Of a DNA stretch of 64,000 nucleotides, positions 9,570-17,430 are shown one piece after another. This DNA comes from Verrucomicrobiota bacterium (GTDB lineage: Bacteria; Verrucomicrobiota; Verrucomicrobiia; Limisphaerales; SXTU01), in the NCBI GenBank assembly GCA_039796295.1, contig JBDKJY010000034.1, positions 4,325 through 68,324 on the forward strand, written 5' to 3'. The notes below the pieces were generated by a model. That model worked only from the letters and a program-made list of their open reading frames with translations, was not told where the DNA came from and did no database searches. The translations under genes and the position numbers were made by a program. The first letter of the stretch is position 1; every line of letters starts with the position of its first letter.

Positions 9570-9867
9570 ACAAACTGTCTTGTTCCCCGGCCTCCCGCTC
9601 CCTGCCGTGCGCGGGGAGTCCGTCATCACGAACCGTCACGGGCGAACGGTTTACAAGACGAAGGCCAAAGGCTACGCGCGTCCTCCCGGCACTGGCCCGG
9701 CGGGCGAGAAGTGCAAGACGTGTGACCATTGCTGGCGGGTCGAAGGCGGCAGCAAGTTTTTCTTCAAGTGCGACGTGATCCAGTTCCGCTGGACCCACGG
9801 CCCCGGCACCGACATCAAGGCCAACTCTCCGGCGTGTGAACTGTGGGCCAAAGCGAAGACACCATGA
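9562..9867 (+). CDS. Hypothetical Cys-rich (zinc-binding-like) early protein
   Basis: MVEQTVLFPGL..GEKCKTCDHCWRVEGGSKFFFKCD..ACELW. ATG overlaps the previous stop. Confidence 0.5.
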   Translation: MVEQTVLFPGLPLPAVRGESVITNRHGRTVYKTKAKGYARPPGTGPAGEKCKTCDHCWRVEGGSKFFFKCDVIQFRWTHGPGTDIKANSPACELWAKAKTP

Positions 9868-10160
9868 CTGGCACCTGCGATATGTGCGGCGTGACGGGGG
9901 CGGTGTTGGCCTCCGTTTACAAGGGCGCGGACTTCGAGCGTGACCTGTGTTCGTGCTGTCGCATCGTGGCCTACAACCACCGGCACGAAGGGTTTCAGTG
10001 GCGGAGCCGCTTCCGCGTGTCACCGGAGGCGAACGAAGCCGCCGCCGCCCTCGCCGCGATGGCGCAGGCCACCATTGAGCGCCGCGAGGCCCGCGCCGTG
10101 CGCCCCGTCCCCGCCGCCCGCCGTGACTCGACGTGGGCGGCGCATTCCTGCCCCGAGTAG
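9864..10160 (+). CDS. Hypothetical zinc-ribbon-like early protein
   Basis: MTGTCDMCGV..DLCSCCRIV. ATGA overlap with the preceding gene. Confidence 0.5.
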   Translation: MTGTCDMCGVTGAVLASVYKGADFERDLCSCCRIVAYNHRHEGFQWRSRFRVSPEANEAAAALAAMAQATIERREARAVRPVPAARRDSTWAAHSCPE

Positions 10161-10162
10161 CC

Positions 10163-10441
10163 ATGCCCCTGCTCACCACCAAAGACCTTGCGCGGAAAAT
10201 GGCCGTGCATCCAAAGACGGTGAAACGCTGGTGGCGCAAGCTCAAGGTGAAGCCGGATGCGTGCTCGGCTCACCATTGCCACCGTTGGACCCCCGCCGCC
10301 GCCGCGCGCCTGCTCAAGCGCTGGCGGGCCTACTGGGAGAAGCGCGGCCAACGCGCGCCGGAGGCCACAACGAAGTTCGCCGGGCTGGTGAAGCGTTGCC
10401 GCGAGAAGCAACAGCTCCGGCTCAAGCTCACGTTTCAATGA
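10163..10441 (+). CDS. Helix-turn-helix DNA-binding protein (excisionase/AlpA-like)
   Basis: MPLLTTKDLARKMAVHPKTVKRWWRKL.. Typical short phage HTH. Confidence 0.55.
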   Translation: MPLLTTKDLARKMAVHPKTVKRWWRKLKVKPDACSAHHCHRWTPAAAARLLKRWRAYWEKRGQRAPEATTKFAGLVKRCREKQQLRLKLTFQ

Positions 10442-10671
10442 CTCCCGCCGCTGCCGAGTGGGAAACCATCCGTGAGGCTTTCCGCACCGGCGACGCCTTC
10501 ACGCTGCTGGGATTGGTGAGCGCGGACGGACGCCGCCGCCGCTTCGCTCGCCTGTTGCCCAAACACGATTTTTTGGCCGGAGCTGCCGCCGCCGAAATGC
10601 ACCTGGACGGACAGCTCTCCCTTGATGAAGTCGCCCGAATTTTGGATTACCTGAAGTCCCCCCATGAGTGA
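10438..10671 (+). CDS. Hypothetical early protein
   Basis: ATGA overlap: MTPAAAEWETIREAFRTGDAFTLLGLV.. Lies inside track ORF 9940..10671. Confidence 0.4.
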   Translation: MTPAAAEWETIREAFRTGDAFTLLGLVSADGRRRRFARLLPKHDFLAGAAAAEMHLDGQLSLDEVARILDYLKSPHE

Positions 10672-11989
10672 AAACCCCACGAAGAACCAGATTGCGAACG
10701 CCTACAAGGCTGCCCGCCAGCGTCGCCGCCCCACGAAAGCCTTTTACTGGCCGCGCCACGGCTTCTACACGAAGAACGTGTTCAAGGAATGGCAGCGCAC
10801 GGAGCGCGGCACGTTGCAGAAGATGATGGTCAAGGGCGGTTACGTCTCCGGCGACGACCGGAACATCCTCTCGCCGGCCAGCAACGCCATGCTCGAAATT
10901 GAGCAGAAGCAAACCGTCCACTACGCCGGTCCCATCGCGGGGGCGCGGGCGGGCATGACGCAGAGCTGCGGTTTTCGCGTGCTAGTCACCAGCTCGCCCA
11001 CGCTGCCCACGGCCAAGAAAGGCGAGTTCCCGCTGTGGGACGAAATCCTCTCCGCGCACTACGGCGACGCGCTGCCCTACTTCCTCGGTTGGCTGTCGGC
11101 GGCTTACGAGCGCGTTCGCCTCGGGGGCGGGCCGATGCTCCCGGCGCTGGGCTTGGCGGGGGAGCGCGACCTCGGCAAATCCCTCTCGCAAAACCATCTC
11201 GTGACGCCGCTCCTGGGCGGGCGCGTGGCGAACCCGGTGCGCTACTTCACGGGCGGGACGGACTTCAATGAGGACTTGTGCGGAGCCGAACACTTGATGA
11301 TCGAGGACGCGGAGCGGATGAACAAAGAGAAGCGGGCCATGTTCGGCGACATGGTGAAGAGCCACGTCGCGAACGAAAACGCCAGCCTACACCCCAAGGG
11401 CGACAAGGCCGTCAACGTGCGGTGCGTGTGGGCCATCTCCATCTCGACCAACACGGAGCCGCAGAACCTGAACCTCCTGCCGCTGCTCGACTCCAGCATG
11501 GCGGACAAGCTCATGCTGTTGCGCGTGCTGGCCCGGCCCAAGTGCCTGCCCTCGCCGGACGATTATCAGGGCTTCGCGAGGTTCGGAACGGCGCTGCGGA
11601 AGGAACTCCCGGCGCTGCTCTGGCACGTCCTCAACTACAAGCTGCCCAAGGAATGCCGGGGGACGCGCTCGCTGGTGCGTTGCCATCGCGACGCGCACTT
11701 GATGGGCCTCGTCATGGAAGACTCGCCCGTCTCGAAACTGCTCTGGCTCGTGACGGAAGCGGAAGTCGTGAACGGCCAGCCCAAGGAACTGTTGAGTCAC
11801 GAACTCGAAAGCGCGCTGCGCAAGGCGGTGCCAGAAGAGGCGGCGCGGCTCTTCCAACATTTCAGCGCGGGCTACCTGTTGCGCGAGGCGGCGAAGAGCT
11901 ACCCGGCGCGCGTGGCCCACGCGGGCGCGGCCCACGGCGGGCTGACGCGGTGGAAGCTCTCGCCGGAGTTGAAGGAGGGGCAGCCGTGA
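10664..11989 (+). CDS. SF3-helicase-like replication NTPase (phage/plasmid primase C-terminal, DUF5906-like)
   Basis: 441 aa. Walker A-like GLAGERDLGKS, Walker B HLMIEDAE. Overall resembles D5/P4-type primase-helicase C-terminal domains. Confidence 0.65.
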   Translation: MSENPTKNQIANAYKAARQRRRPTKAFYWPRHGFYTKNVFKEWQRTERGTLQKMMVKGGYVSGDDRNILSPASNAMLEIEQKQTVHYAGPIAGARAGMTQSCGFRVLVTSSPTLPTAKKGEFPLWDEILSAHYGDALPYFLGWLSAAYERVRLGGGPMLPALGLAGERDLGKSLSQNHLVTPLLGGRVANPVRYFTGGTDFNEDLCGAEHLMIEDAERMNKEKRAMFGDMVKSHVANENASLHPKGDKAVNVRCVWAISISTNTEPQNLNLLPLLDSSMADKLMLLRVLARPKCLPSPDDYQGFARFGTALRKELPALLWHVLNYKLPKECRGTRSLVRCHRDAHLMGLVMEDSPVSKLLWLVTEAEVVNGQPKELLSHELESALRKAVPEEAARLFQHFSAGYLLREAAKSYPARVAHAGAAHGGLTRWKLSPELKEGQP

Positions 11990-12666
11990 GTTGGCTCGGC
12001 TCCAAAGGGGGGAACGGGGTATGGCAGCGCATCCTATCGGAGATGCCGAAACACGACCTCTACATTGAGCCTTTTTGCGGAGCGGCCGTCATCGCCAAAC
12101 GCAAACTTCCCGCGCGCGAGACGTGGTTGGTGGACGCGGACCCAGCCGCGCCGGGGCTGGCGATGACGCAGGCGGAAGTCTTCGTCGGTTGCGCACTGCA
12201 CCATCTGCGGGAATGGCGTTGCTCGATGGACTGGGGGACGTTGGTCTATTGCGACCCTCCCTATTTGAGGAGCGTTCGCGGCGCGCACCGCTACCGCGTC
12301 GAATTCGACACCGAAGACCAACATCGGGAGCTGATTGGCGAGCTGCGGTCGCTCCAATGCTTTGTCATGCTGTCGGGTTACGCATCGTTCCTTTATGCGG
12401 AGCTGCTTTCAGACTGGCGGCAAGTGCGGATTCCGACGGTGAACCGTGCCGGGAAGCCCGTTACGGAATGCCTTTGGATGAACTTCCCCGCCACGGTGGC
12501 ACGCCACGACGTGCGGTTTCAGGGTGACACCTTCCGGGAGCGCGAGCGCATAAAACGCAAGGCGGAGCGCTGGCACCGGAAATTTCTGGCGATGACGGCC
12601 GGCGAACGTGCGGCCGTGCTCGCCAAACTTAGCGAGGTTAGCAGCCTGAACGATCCGGGCGTCTGA
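11986..12666 (+). CDS. Orphan DNA N6-adenine methyltransferase (Dam/D12 class)
   Basis: GTG overlaps the preceding TGA. Motif I EPFCGAA, motif IV YCDPPY. No adjacent endonuclease. Confidence 0.8.
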   Translation: MSWLGSKGGNGVWQRILSEMPKHDLYIEPFCGAAVIAKRKLPARETWLVDADPAAPGLAMTQAEVFVGCALHHLREWRCSMDWGTLVYCDPPYLRSVRGAHRYRVEFDTEDQHRELIGELRSLQCFVMLSGYASFLYAELLSDWRQVRIPTVNRAGKPVTECLWMNFPATVARHDVRFQGDTFRERERIKRKAERWHRKFLAMTAGERAAVLAKLSEVSSLNDPGV

Positions 12667-12688
12667 ATGCCCGGAAAGTCTGCGAAAA

Positions 12689-12722
12689 GGCCCGTTCCGC
12701 TTCGGCGGGACGGGCCTTTGTG
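12689..12722 (+). terminator. Rho-independent terminator after the early/replication operon
   Basis: ggcccgttccgc-ttcg-gcgggacgggcc (12-bp stem with one G.U pair), followed by TTTGTG. Confidence 0.7.
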
Positions 12723-12957
12723 CTGCGGAGGGGTCACCGAAAAGCAGCTTTAAGGAGTGGCAGAAGACCCCCCCCCGGAAGCGGGGGGAAACCGGGCCGG
12801 AAGGGGCAAAAAAGGGGTCGAAACCGCCCCTTAATCGCCCGGCGCACGCCGCCCCCCACTGAAGGCCCGATAAGGAAGGGGGAAAACCCGTGGTTTGCTG
12901 GGGTTTCGGCGGGAAAAGGCCCCCCAAGCCTATTTTACAATCTGAATTCTATCTCCT

Positions 12958-12995
12958 CCATGTCCTCCGTTTTGGGGTGGTTTTGGAGGACATGG
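12958..12995. other. Perfect 11-bp stem / 16-nt loop hairpin in the element's non-coding region
   Basis: ccatgtcctcc-gttttggggtggtttt-ggaggacatgg. Preceded by an AT-rich stretch and G-rich GGGGRAAAMC repeats at about 12785, 12879 and 12911. Confidence 0.6.
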
Positions 12996-13049
12996 TGGGG
13001 TGTTTTGGGCAAGTCGGTTTTGGCAATCCGGGGCGGCCCGCTCCCGGCG

Positions 13050-13072
13050 AAGCGCTCACTTATGCGGTCTGC
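13050..13072 (+). promoter_or_regulatory. Conserved 23-nt motif, copy 1 (upstream of late gene 13110)
   Basis: aagcgctcacttatgcggtctgc, compared with aagcgctcccttatgcggactgc at 15794..15816 (21 of 23 identical). Confidence 0.4.
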
Positions 13073-13109
13073 ACAGGGCGCCCGGTCGGTGGCAGCATGA
13101 CGCCACGAT

Positions 13110-13430
13110 ATGTCTGTTTCACATGAGAACCCTCCGCCTGCCGCTGAAACGCCCACTCCCGCGCCCGCCCCGCCCCCCGCTGCCGCGCTCGTCGCCGAGG
13201 GCTTGGACCCCGCCGAACTCCTCGCCCTTCGCGCCGAACTCGAAACGGAGCGCAAGGCCCGCGCCGCTGCCGAGTCAGGCCGCAAGTCCGCCGAAACCAA
13301 AGCCGCCGAAGCGGAACGGCTCGCCCAAGAGTTGATTGCGGCGACGAAGGCCAAGCCGGATGAAGCCCCCATCGTGACGCGGCGGCGCGGGCCGCTGGGC
13401 GTGCTGTCGGCGTTTCGGCAGGTGAGTTGA
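13110..13430 (+). CDS. Hypothetical Pro/Ala-rich coiled-coil protein (first late gene)
   Basis: 106 aa: ..LLALRAELETERKARAAAESGRKSAETKAAEAERLAQELIAA.. Confidence 0.5.
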   Translation: MSVSHENPPPAAETPTPAPAPPPAAALVAEGLDPAELLALRAELETERKARAAAESGRKSAETKAAEAERLAQELIAATKAKPDEAPIVTRRRGPLGVLSAFRQVS

Positions 13431-13451
13431 GAGTTGGTGAGTTGAGAGTTG
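13422..13451. repeat. Tandem 15-nt (2 x ~7) repeat GTGAGTTGAGAGTTG x2
   Basis: gtgagttgagagttg gtgagttgagagttg, spanning the stop codon of 13110..13430. Confidence 0.85.
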
Positions 13452-13479
13452 CGAGGCACCCTTAGACCCCCATCCCCTT

Positions 13480-14295
13480 GTGGCAAATCCTAACCCGTTT
13501 GTTCCGCCGTCCGGCGCTGTCGCCGGAGCAACTGCAACACCGGCAGCTCCTAGCGCTGTGGCGGCGTCCGTCGCACCGGTGGCCGCTGGCGTGGCTCCTC
13601 CGGCTGGTCAATCACCGGCGGCATTCGGTGGCCATCGCGGCGGCGGAAAGAAGCGCCTCGACGGCCTCACGGCTGGCAGCGAGGAAGCGAAGGCGGCAGA
13701 CCGAAAGAAGGACCGGGAGCGCATGGCCGCGAAGCGCGCTGGCCTCAAGGCTGCGTCTTTGCCGCCGGTGCTGCCGTCGGCTGGTGCGGCCAGTGGCGGA
13801 GCGCCTGACGCGGCTCCTGCTGCCGCTGGCGGTGCGCCTGCTGTGCCATCTGGTGAGCCTTTTTCTGTGGGCGGTGCTGTGGGCGCTGTGGTGTTGTGGA
13901 GTCGGGGAATGCTCGAACGCCCGGCGCAACTCGCCGTGCGCATCGCGGACCGGCTCCGCGTCGCGGCCTTGATGAAGCGGCTGGACGAATCGCCCGTGCC
14001 CGTGCCCGTGCGGGACGAGGTGAAGAAGTCCCTCGCGCTGGCGGAAGCGGCCAAGAAAGACTTCGCCTTTGCCATCGCACACGCGGCGACGGTGGAGTTG
14101 AACACGCGGAGCATCGGCGGCGCGCAACACTCGCACTGGCTCGACGTGGCGATGACGGGCGCGGAGCTGGTGAACTCGCACTTGCAGACGGTGGAGAAGA
14201 TCGACGAACTGATTTTGGCGTGCGCGGCGGAGAAGCGGGCGGAAGCCGGGAGTCAGAAGCCGGAAGGGGCGGAGCCTTCGCCCCGCCATGCCTGA
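13480..14295 (+). CDS. Hypothetical late protein with low-complexity Ala/Pro N-terminal half
   Basis: 271 aa with a GTG start. The C-terminal half is helical. Overlaps the ATPase start by 8 nt. Confidence 0.5.
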   Translation: MANPNPFVPPSGAVAGATATPAAPSAVAASVAPVAAGVAPPAGQSPAAFGGHRGGGKKRLDGLTAGSEEAKAADRKKDRERMAAKRAGLKAASLPPVLPSAGAASGGAPDAAPAAAGGAPAVPSGEPFSVGGAVGAVVLWSRGMLERPAQLAVRIADRLRVAALMKRLDESPVPVPVRDEVKKSLALAEAAKKDFAFAIAHAATVELNTRSIGGAQHSHWLDVAMTGAELVNSHLQTVEKIDELILACAAEKRAEAGSQKPEGAEPSPRHA

Positions 14296-14962
14296 CTGGT
14301 CCCTATCCCCCCACTGCGCTCTTGTCGTCGGCGCGTCCGGCTCGGGGAAGACGACCTTCTGTCAGCGCTACCTGGTGAACCGCGCGACGGAACAAGCCGC
14401 GAACCCCGCGCCCGCCGTTTGCACGTTCGTCTTTGACTACAAGCTGGAGTTTTCGCAGCGCCTGGGCATCCCCGCCGTGGGCACGGTGCGCGAGTGTGAA
14501 GCGGCCTTGGCCTCGCGGTGGCTGGTGTTCAATCCCTTCATCATGTTCCGCAGTGAGGAGGGGCAGGAAGCGCCGGAGCGGCGGGCCTTCGCGTGGTTCT
14601 GCTCGTGGGTTTACGACGTGGCGCGGCGCGGGCCGGGGCGCAAAGTCTTTCACTGTGACGAGGCACACAACTTCCTGCCCACGCGCTCCGATATGCTACC
14701 GGCTTACTTCTCTCGCATCCTCCGCGAGGGGCGGGCGGAGGATTTGGAAGTGCTGCTCTCGACACAGTTCCCGAAGGATTACGCGCGCATTGTGCGCAGC
14801 TCCGTCACGGAATGGGTGGTGTTCAACACGGTGGAGAAGGACGAACTCGACGCCGTGCGCCCCTACTTCCCCGGCGTGGACCGCGCGGCGGCTCTGCGTC
14901 CGGGGGAATACCTCGCGGTGAATCGCCACTCGGGAGCCGAGCTGGCGGGGCGGGTGTTTTAG
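14288..14962 (+). CDS. Small P-loop ATPase, HerA/FtsK-type (candidate genome-packaging ATPase)
   Basis: 224 aa. Walker A GASGSGKT near the N-terminus, Walker B VFHCDEAHNF. No transmembrane segment. Confidence 0.65.
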   Translation: MPDWSLSPHCALVVGASGSGKTTFCQRYLVNRATEQAANPAPAVCTFVFDYKLEFSQRLGIPAVGTVRECEAALASRWLVFNPFIMFRSEEGQEAPERRAFAWFCSWVYDVARRGPGRKVFHCDEAHNFLPTRSDMLPAYFSRILREGRAEDLEVLLSTQFPKDYARIVRSSVTEWVVFNTVEKDELDAVRPYFPGVDRAAALRPGEYLAVNRHSGAELAGRVF

Positions 14963-15366
14963 AAGGCCGCGCTTGGGTCAAGTAGGGGGAGCTTGGACGC
15001 TTCCTTGAAGTGCTTCTGGTTCGTCGTGACGATGGCTTTGCAGCCCTCGCGCTCGGCGACGGTTGCGTGCATCCAGTCGTGAATGTTCGCCCCTTGAATG
15101 TTCGCGGCCGCTGCCAGCTTCACTGCGGCCAATGACTCCCCGCCGTCCAAATCCGCAAAAGAGACGGCGGCAAAGGTGGACTGCGCCCCTGCGGACGCCA
15201 CTTCGGGCGAGAACTGAACGCGCGTGAGGGTCCCTTTGACGGGCACCGTGATCCCCCCGGTGAGGCTCCGGTAAAACTCCGCGACGGAGTGGCTTCGTGT
15301 AACGCCCTTGGGCGCGGTATCCTTCCGCCAAGCGCGGATGAGGGCCGAAGCGTCGAGATAGTTCAT
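14959..15366 (-). CDS. PIN-domain (VapC-like) toxin
   Basis: MNYLDASALI.., ..IHDWMHATVAEREGCKAIVTTNQKHF. 4-nt ATGA overlap with the upstream antitoxin. Confidence 0.75.
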   Translation of the reverse strand: MNYLDASALIRAWRKDTAPKGVTRSHSVAEFYRSLTGGITVPVKGTLTRVQFSPEVASAGAQSTFAAVSFADLDGGESLAAVKLAAAANIQGANIHDWMHATVAEREGCKAIVTTNQKHFKEASKLPLLDPSAAF

Positions 15367-15587
15367 TCGCGGGCCTCCGCGATGGCTTGATTTATGCCAT
15401 CATTCAGCTCGGCATCGGAGAGTTCCAAGGCCCGAAACTCGGCGGCGGACATCTTCACCACCGGGGCGTCGGCTCGAATCGTGACGAGGGGTTTGCCGTG
15501 TTCCGTCACGCGGACCGTGCGGCCCATTGCGGCGGCGCGGAACACGCGGCGGGTGTCTCGGTGGGCTTCGGTGAGTGTAGCTTGCAT
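15363..15587 (-). CDS. Phd/YefM-type antitoxin
   Basis: Internal ATG of ORF 15363..15794: MQATLTEAHRDTRRVFRAAAMGRTVRVTEHGKPLVTIR.. Confidence 0.7.
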   Translation of the reverse strand: MQATLTEAHRDTRRVFRAAAMGRTVRVTEHGKPLVTIRADAPVVKMSAAEFRALELSDAELNDGINQAIAEARE

Positions 15588-15705
15588 GGGGGCAACAATA
15601 CGCACTATACGCACTTTGGGAAGCTCAAACCTCCGCTTTGGCCCCCCATCTTGGAACACTGAATCCCCACTCCTACCGTCTGCCGGGTCCAAGAAACTGT
15701 CCGTG

Positions 15706-15733
15706 GGGCGAACGGGAACGGGAACGGGAACGC
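15706..15733. repeat. Hexanucleotide tandem repeat (GGGAAC) x4
   Basis: ggggcgaacgggaacgggaacgggaacgcgg, in the intergenic region upstream of the capsid-gene block. Confidence 0.8.
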
Positions 15734-15793
15734 GGTTTCGGGGGAACAAACGGGTTAAAACCCCTGTAAATGAGGGGGACGGCGGACGCGACA

Positions 15794-15816
15794 AAGCGCT
15801 CCCTTATGCGGACTGC
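15794..15816 (+). promoter_or_regulatory. Conserved 23-nt motif, copy 2 (upstream of 15966/16132)
   Basis: aagcgctcccttatgcggactgc, paired with 13050..13072. Confidence 0.4.
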
Positions 15817-15965
15817 CGCAAAACCACGTCCGGGTTATCGTTTGGGCGTCACGGTTCGCAGTGTAGTAGCCGGGCAGTCGGCGGACAAACCCCCGCCCTC
15901 CCCGCTGAACCCCGCGAAGAGTGCCACTAGTTCAACCGCTGGTCCCTTCGGTCCGGCTTCCTCCC

Positions 15966-16094
15966 ATGAAAATGATCAAAGAGTTCTTCCAAGATTACGG
16001 CGTCCCCATCCTCGTCATTGTCGGCACCCTCGCCGTGCTCAAATTCGTCGCCGACAAGTGGGCACCCTCCCTCCGCCGCTACCTCCCTGTCTGA
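15966..16094 (+). CDS. 42-aa small membrane protein (below the ORF-track cutoff)
   Basis: Hand translation: MKMIKEFFQDYGVPILVIVGTLAVLKFVADKWAPSLRRYLPV*. One transmembrane helix. Confidence 0.4.
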   Translation: MKMIKEFFQDYGVPILVIVGTLAVLKFVADKWAPSLRRYLPV

Positions 16095-16131
16095 ACCGTC
16101 CACAACCGCAACCCCCTCGCCTCTACCTCCC

Positions 16132-17076
16132 ATGATCCAGCTCGCTCCCCTCCCTCAGTTTTCCGGTGTCGCCCTCGGCCAGTGGGCCGAGTGTCCGTTG
16201 CCCGTGCGTGGCACGGACACCTTCCACGACCTCTACCTCCGCGTCACCGGCCAAGGCTACGGCGTGGCGGGGAGCGCGCTAGACATCCAACACGCCATCG
16301 AGTCCATCGAGATTGCGCCTTCGGGCGGCTCGGTTATGACCGTCTTCCCGCGTGCGCTCCGGCTCTGGCAGACGCTCCGCAACTCGAACGCGGATCCGTC
16401 TGACGTGAGCGTCCTGGCCATCCCCTTGGCGCGTCCCGGCCTCTCTCAGGTGAGCGACTGGCCGACGGGAAAGATGGACAAGTGCCTTCTCCGCGTGCTG
16501 CCCAAGGCGGCGCTCCCGGCGAACTCCGGCGCGAACCCGGCGCTCACGCTGACTTCCATCAGCGCCTACTCCCGCTCGGAACAGCTCGCCGCCCCGGCGG
16601 ACTTGGGCGCGGTTCAGAGCTTCCACCAGGCCAGCCACACGCCGGTGGCCGGTTGGAACACCATCGACAACCTCTCCGTGGGCCAGCTCCGCGCGCTCAC
16701 GAAGCTCCTGTTCTACTGCCCGCTCTCGGGCGTGAACCTGACCAACGCCGCCAGCAACGCCGTGACGGCGGTTATGGTGTATCGCGGCAAAGAGCTGGTT
16801 TACGATTCGACGAAGCAGATCGCGATCACCGAGCTGTCGCACAACCCCATCTACCGGGGCTACCACCTCGGCGGCGAGGCGCTGGAAATGTTCCCCTGCA
16901 TCTTCGACGTGACAGGCCGCCCTCAAGACTCGCTGGGCTTGGTCGCTGGCAACGTCCGCCAGACGCTCGTGGTCAAATACTACTGGGACACCGGCGTCGC
17001 GGCGGTTCAGGGCGTGAACATCCTCGCCGAAGGCTGGCTTTCGTCCGGGGCTGACCCGGTGGTCGCTGCCATCTGA
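16132..17076 (+). CDS. Beta-rich 314-aa protein; candidate jelly-roll major capsid protein
   Basis: Internal ATG of ORF 16018..17076: MIQLAPLPQFSGVALGQWAECPLPVRGTDTFHDLYLRVTG.. No long helices and two similar halves. Its position is after the ATPase and before the membrane-protein genes, and a hairpin follows. Confidence 0.5.
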   Translation: MIQLAPLPQFSGVALGQWAECPLPVRGTDTFHDLYLRVTGQGYGVAGSALDIQHAIESIEIAPSGGSVMTVFPRALRLWQTLRNSNADPSDVSVLAIPLARPGLSQVSDWPTGKMDKCLLRVLPKAALPANSGANPALTLTSISAYSRSEQLAAPADLGAVQSFHQASHTPVAGWNTIDNLSVGQLRALTKLLFYCPLSGVNLTNAASNAVTAVMVYRGKELVYDSTKQIAITELSHNPIYRGYHLGGEALEMFPCIFDVTGRPQDSLGLVAGNVRQTLVVKYYWDTGVAAVQGVNILAEGWLSSGADPVVAAI

Positions 17077-17085
17077 AGCCTTGCT

Positions 17086-17110
17086 CCGCGCCGGTTAAAC
17101 CCCGGCGCGG
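17086..17110 (+). terminator. 9-bp GC hairpin directly after the capsid candidate (attenuator or mRNA stabiliser; no T-tract)
   Basis: ccgcgccgg-ttaaacc-ccggcgcgg. Confidence 0.4.
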
Positions 17111-17128
17111 GGCCAACTCCCCCGAACA

Positions 17129-17365
17129 ATGAACCCCGAATACATGGCCCAGTTGGAAGGCGAGTCTTCCGGCAACTCGCTCTTGGATTGGTTTAAGGCC
17201 GGCACGGACCTCTACGCGAAGGTGACGAAGCCCGTGCCCGGTGGTGACCCCGGCAAAGGCACGGCTCCGGCGAAGGCCCCGGGCATGGGTGGCATGAACC
17301 CTTGGGTGCTCGCGGGCGCTGCCGTGGCGGCCCTCGTGGGGCTGGTGCTCGTTCTCCGCCGCTAA
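17129..17365 (+). CDS. Small tail-anchored membrane protein
   Basis: 78 aa. Ends ..NPWVLAGAAVAALVGLVLVLRR. Confidence 0.55.
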   Translation: MNPEYMAQLEGESSGNSLLDWFKAGTDLYAKVTKPVPGGDPGKGTAPAKAPGMGGMNPWVLAGAAVAALVGLVLVLRR

Positions 17366-17430
17366 CCCGCAACCTTCCACCGCACGAAGGAGGTTAACGA
17401 TGCGCTTTTGACTACAAATCCGATGCGCAG

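Noticed and set aside
15706-15733. GGGAAC repeat as a member of the heptamer family
   Set aside because: Its period is 6, not 7. It lies inside the provirus and probably has a separate origin, so it is reported only as a simple repeat.
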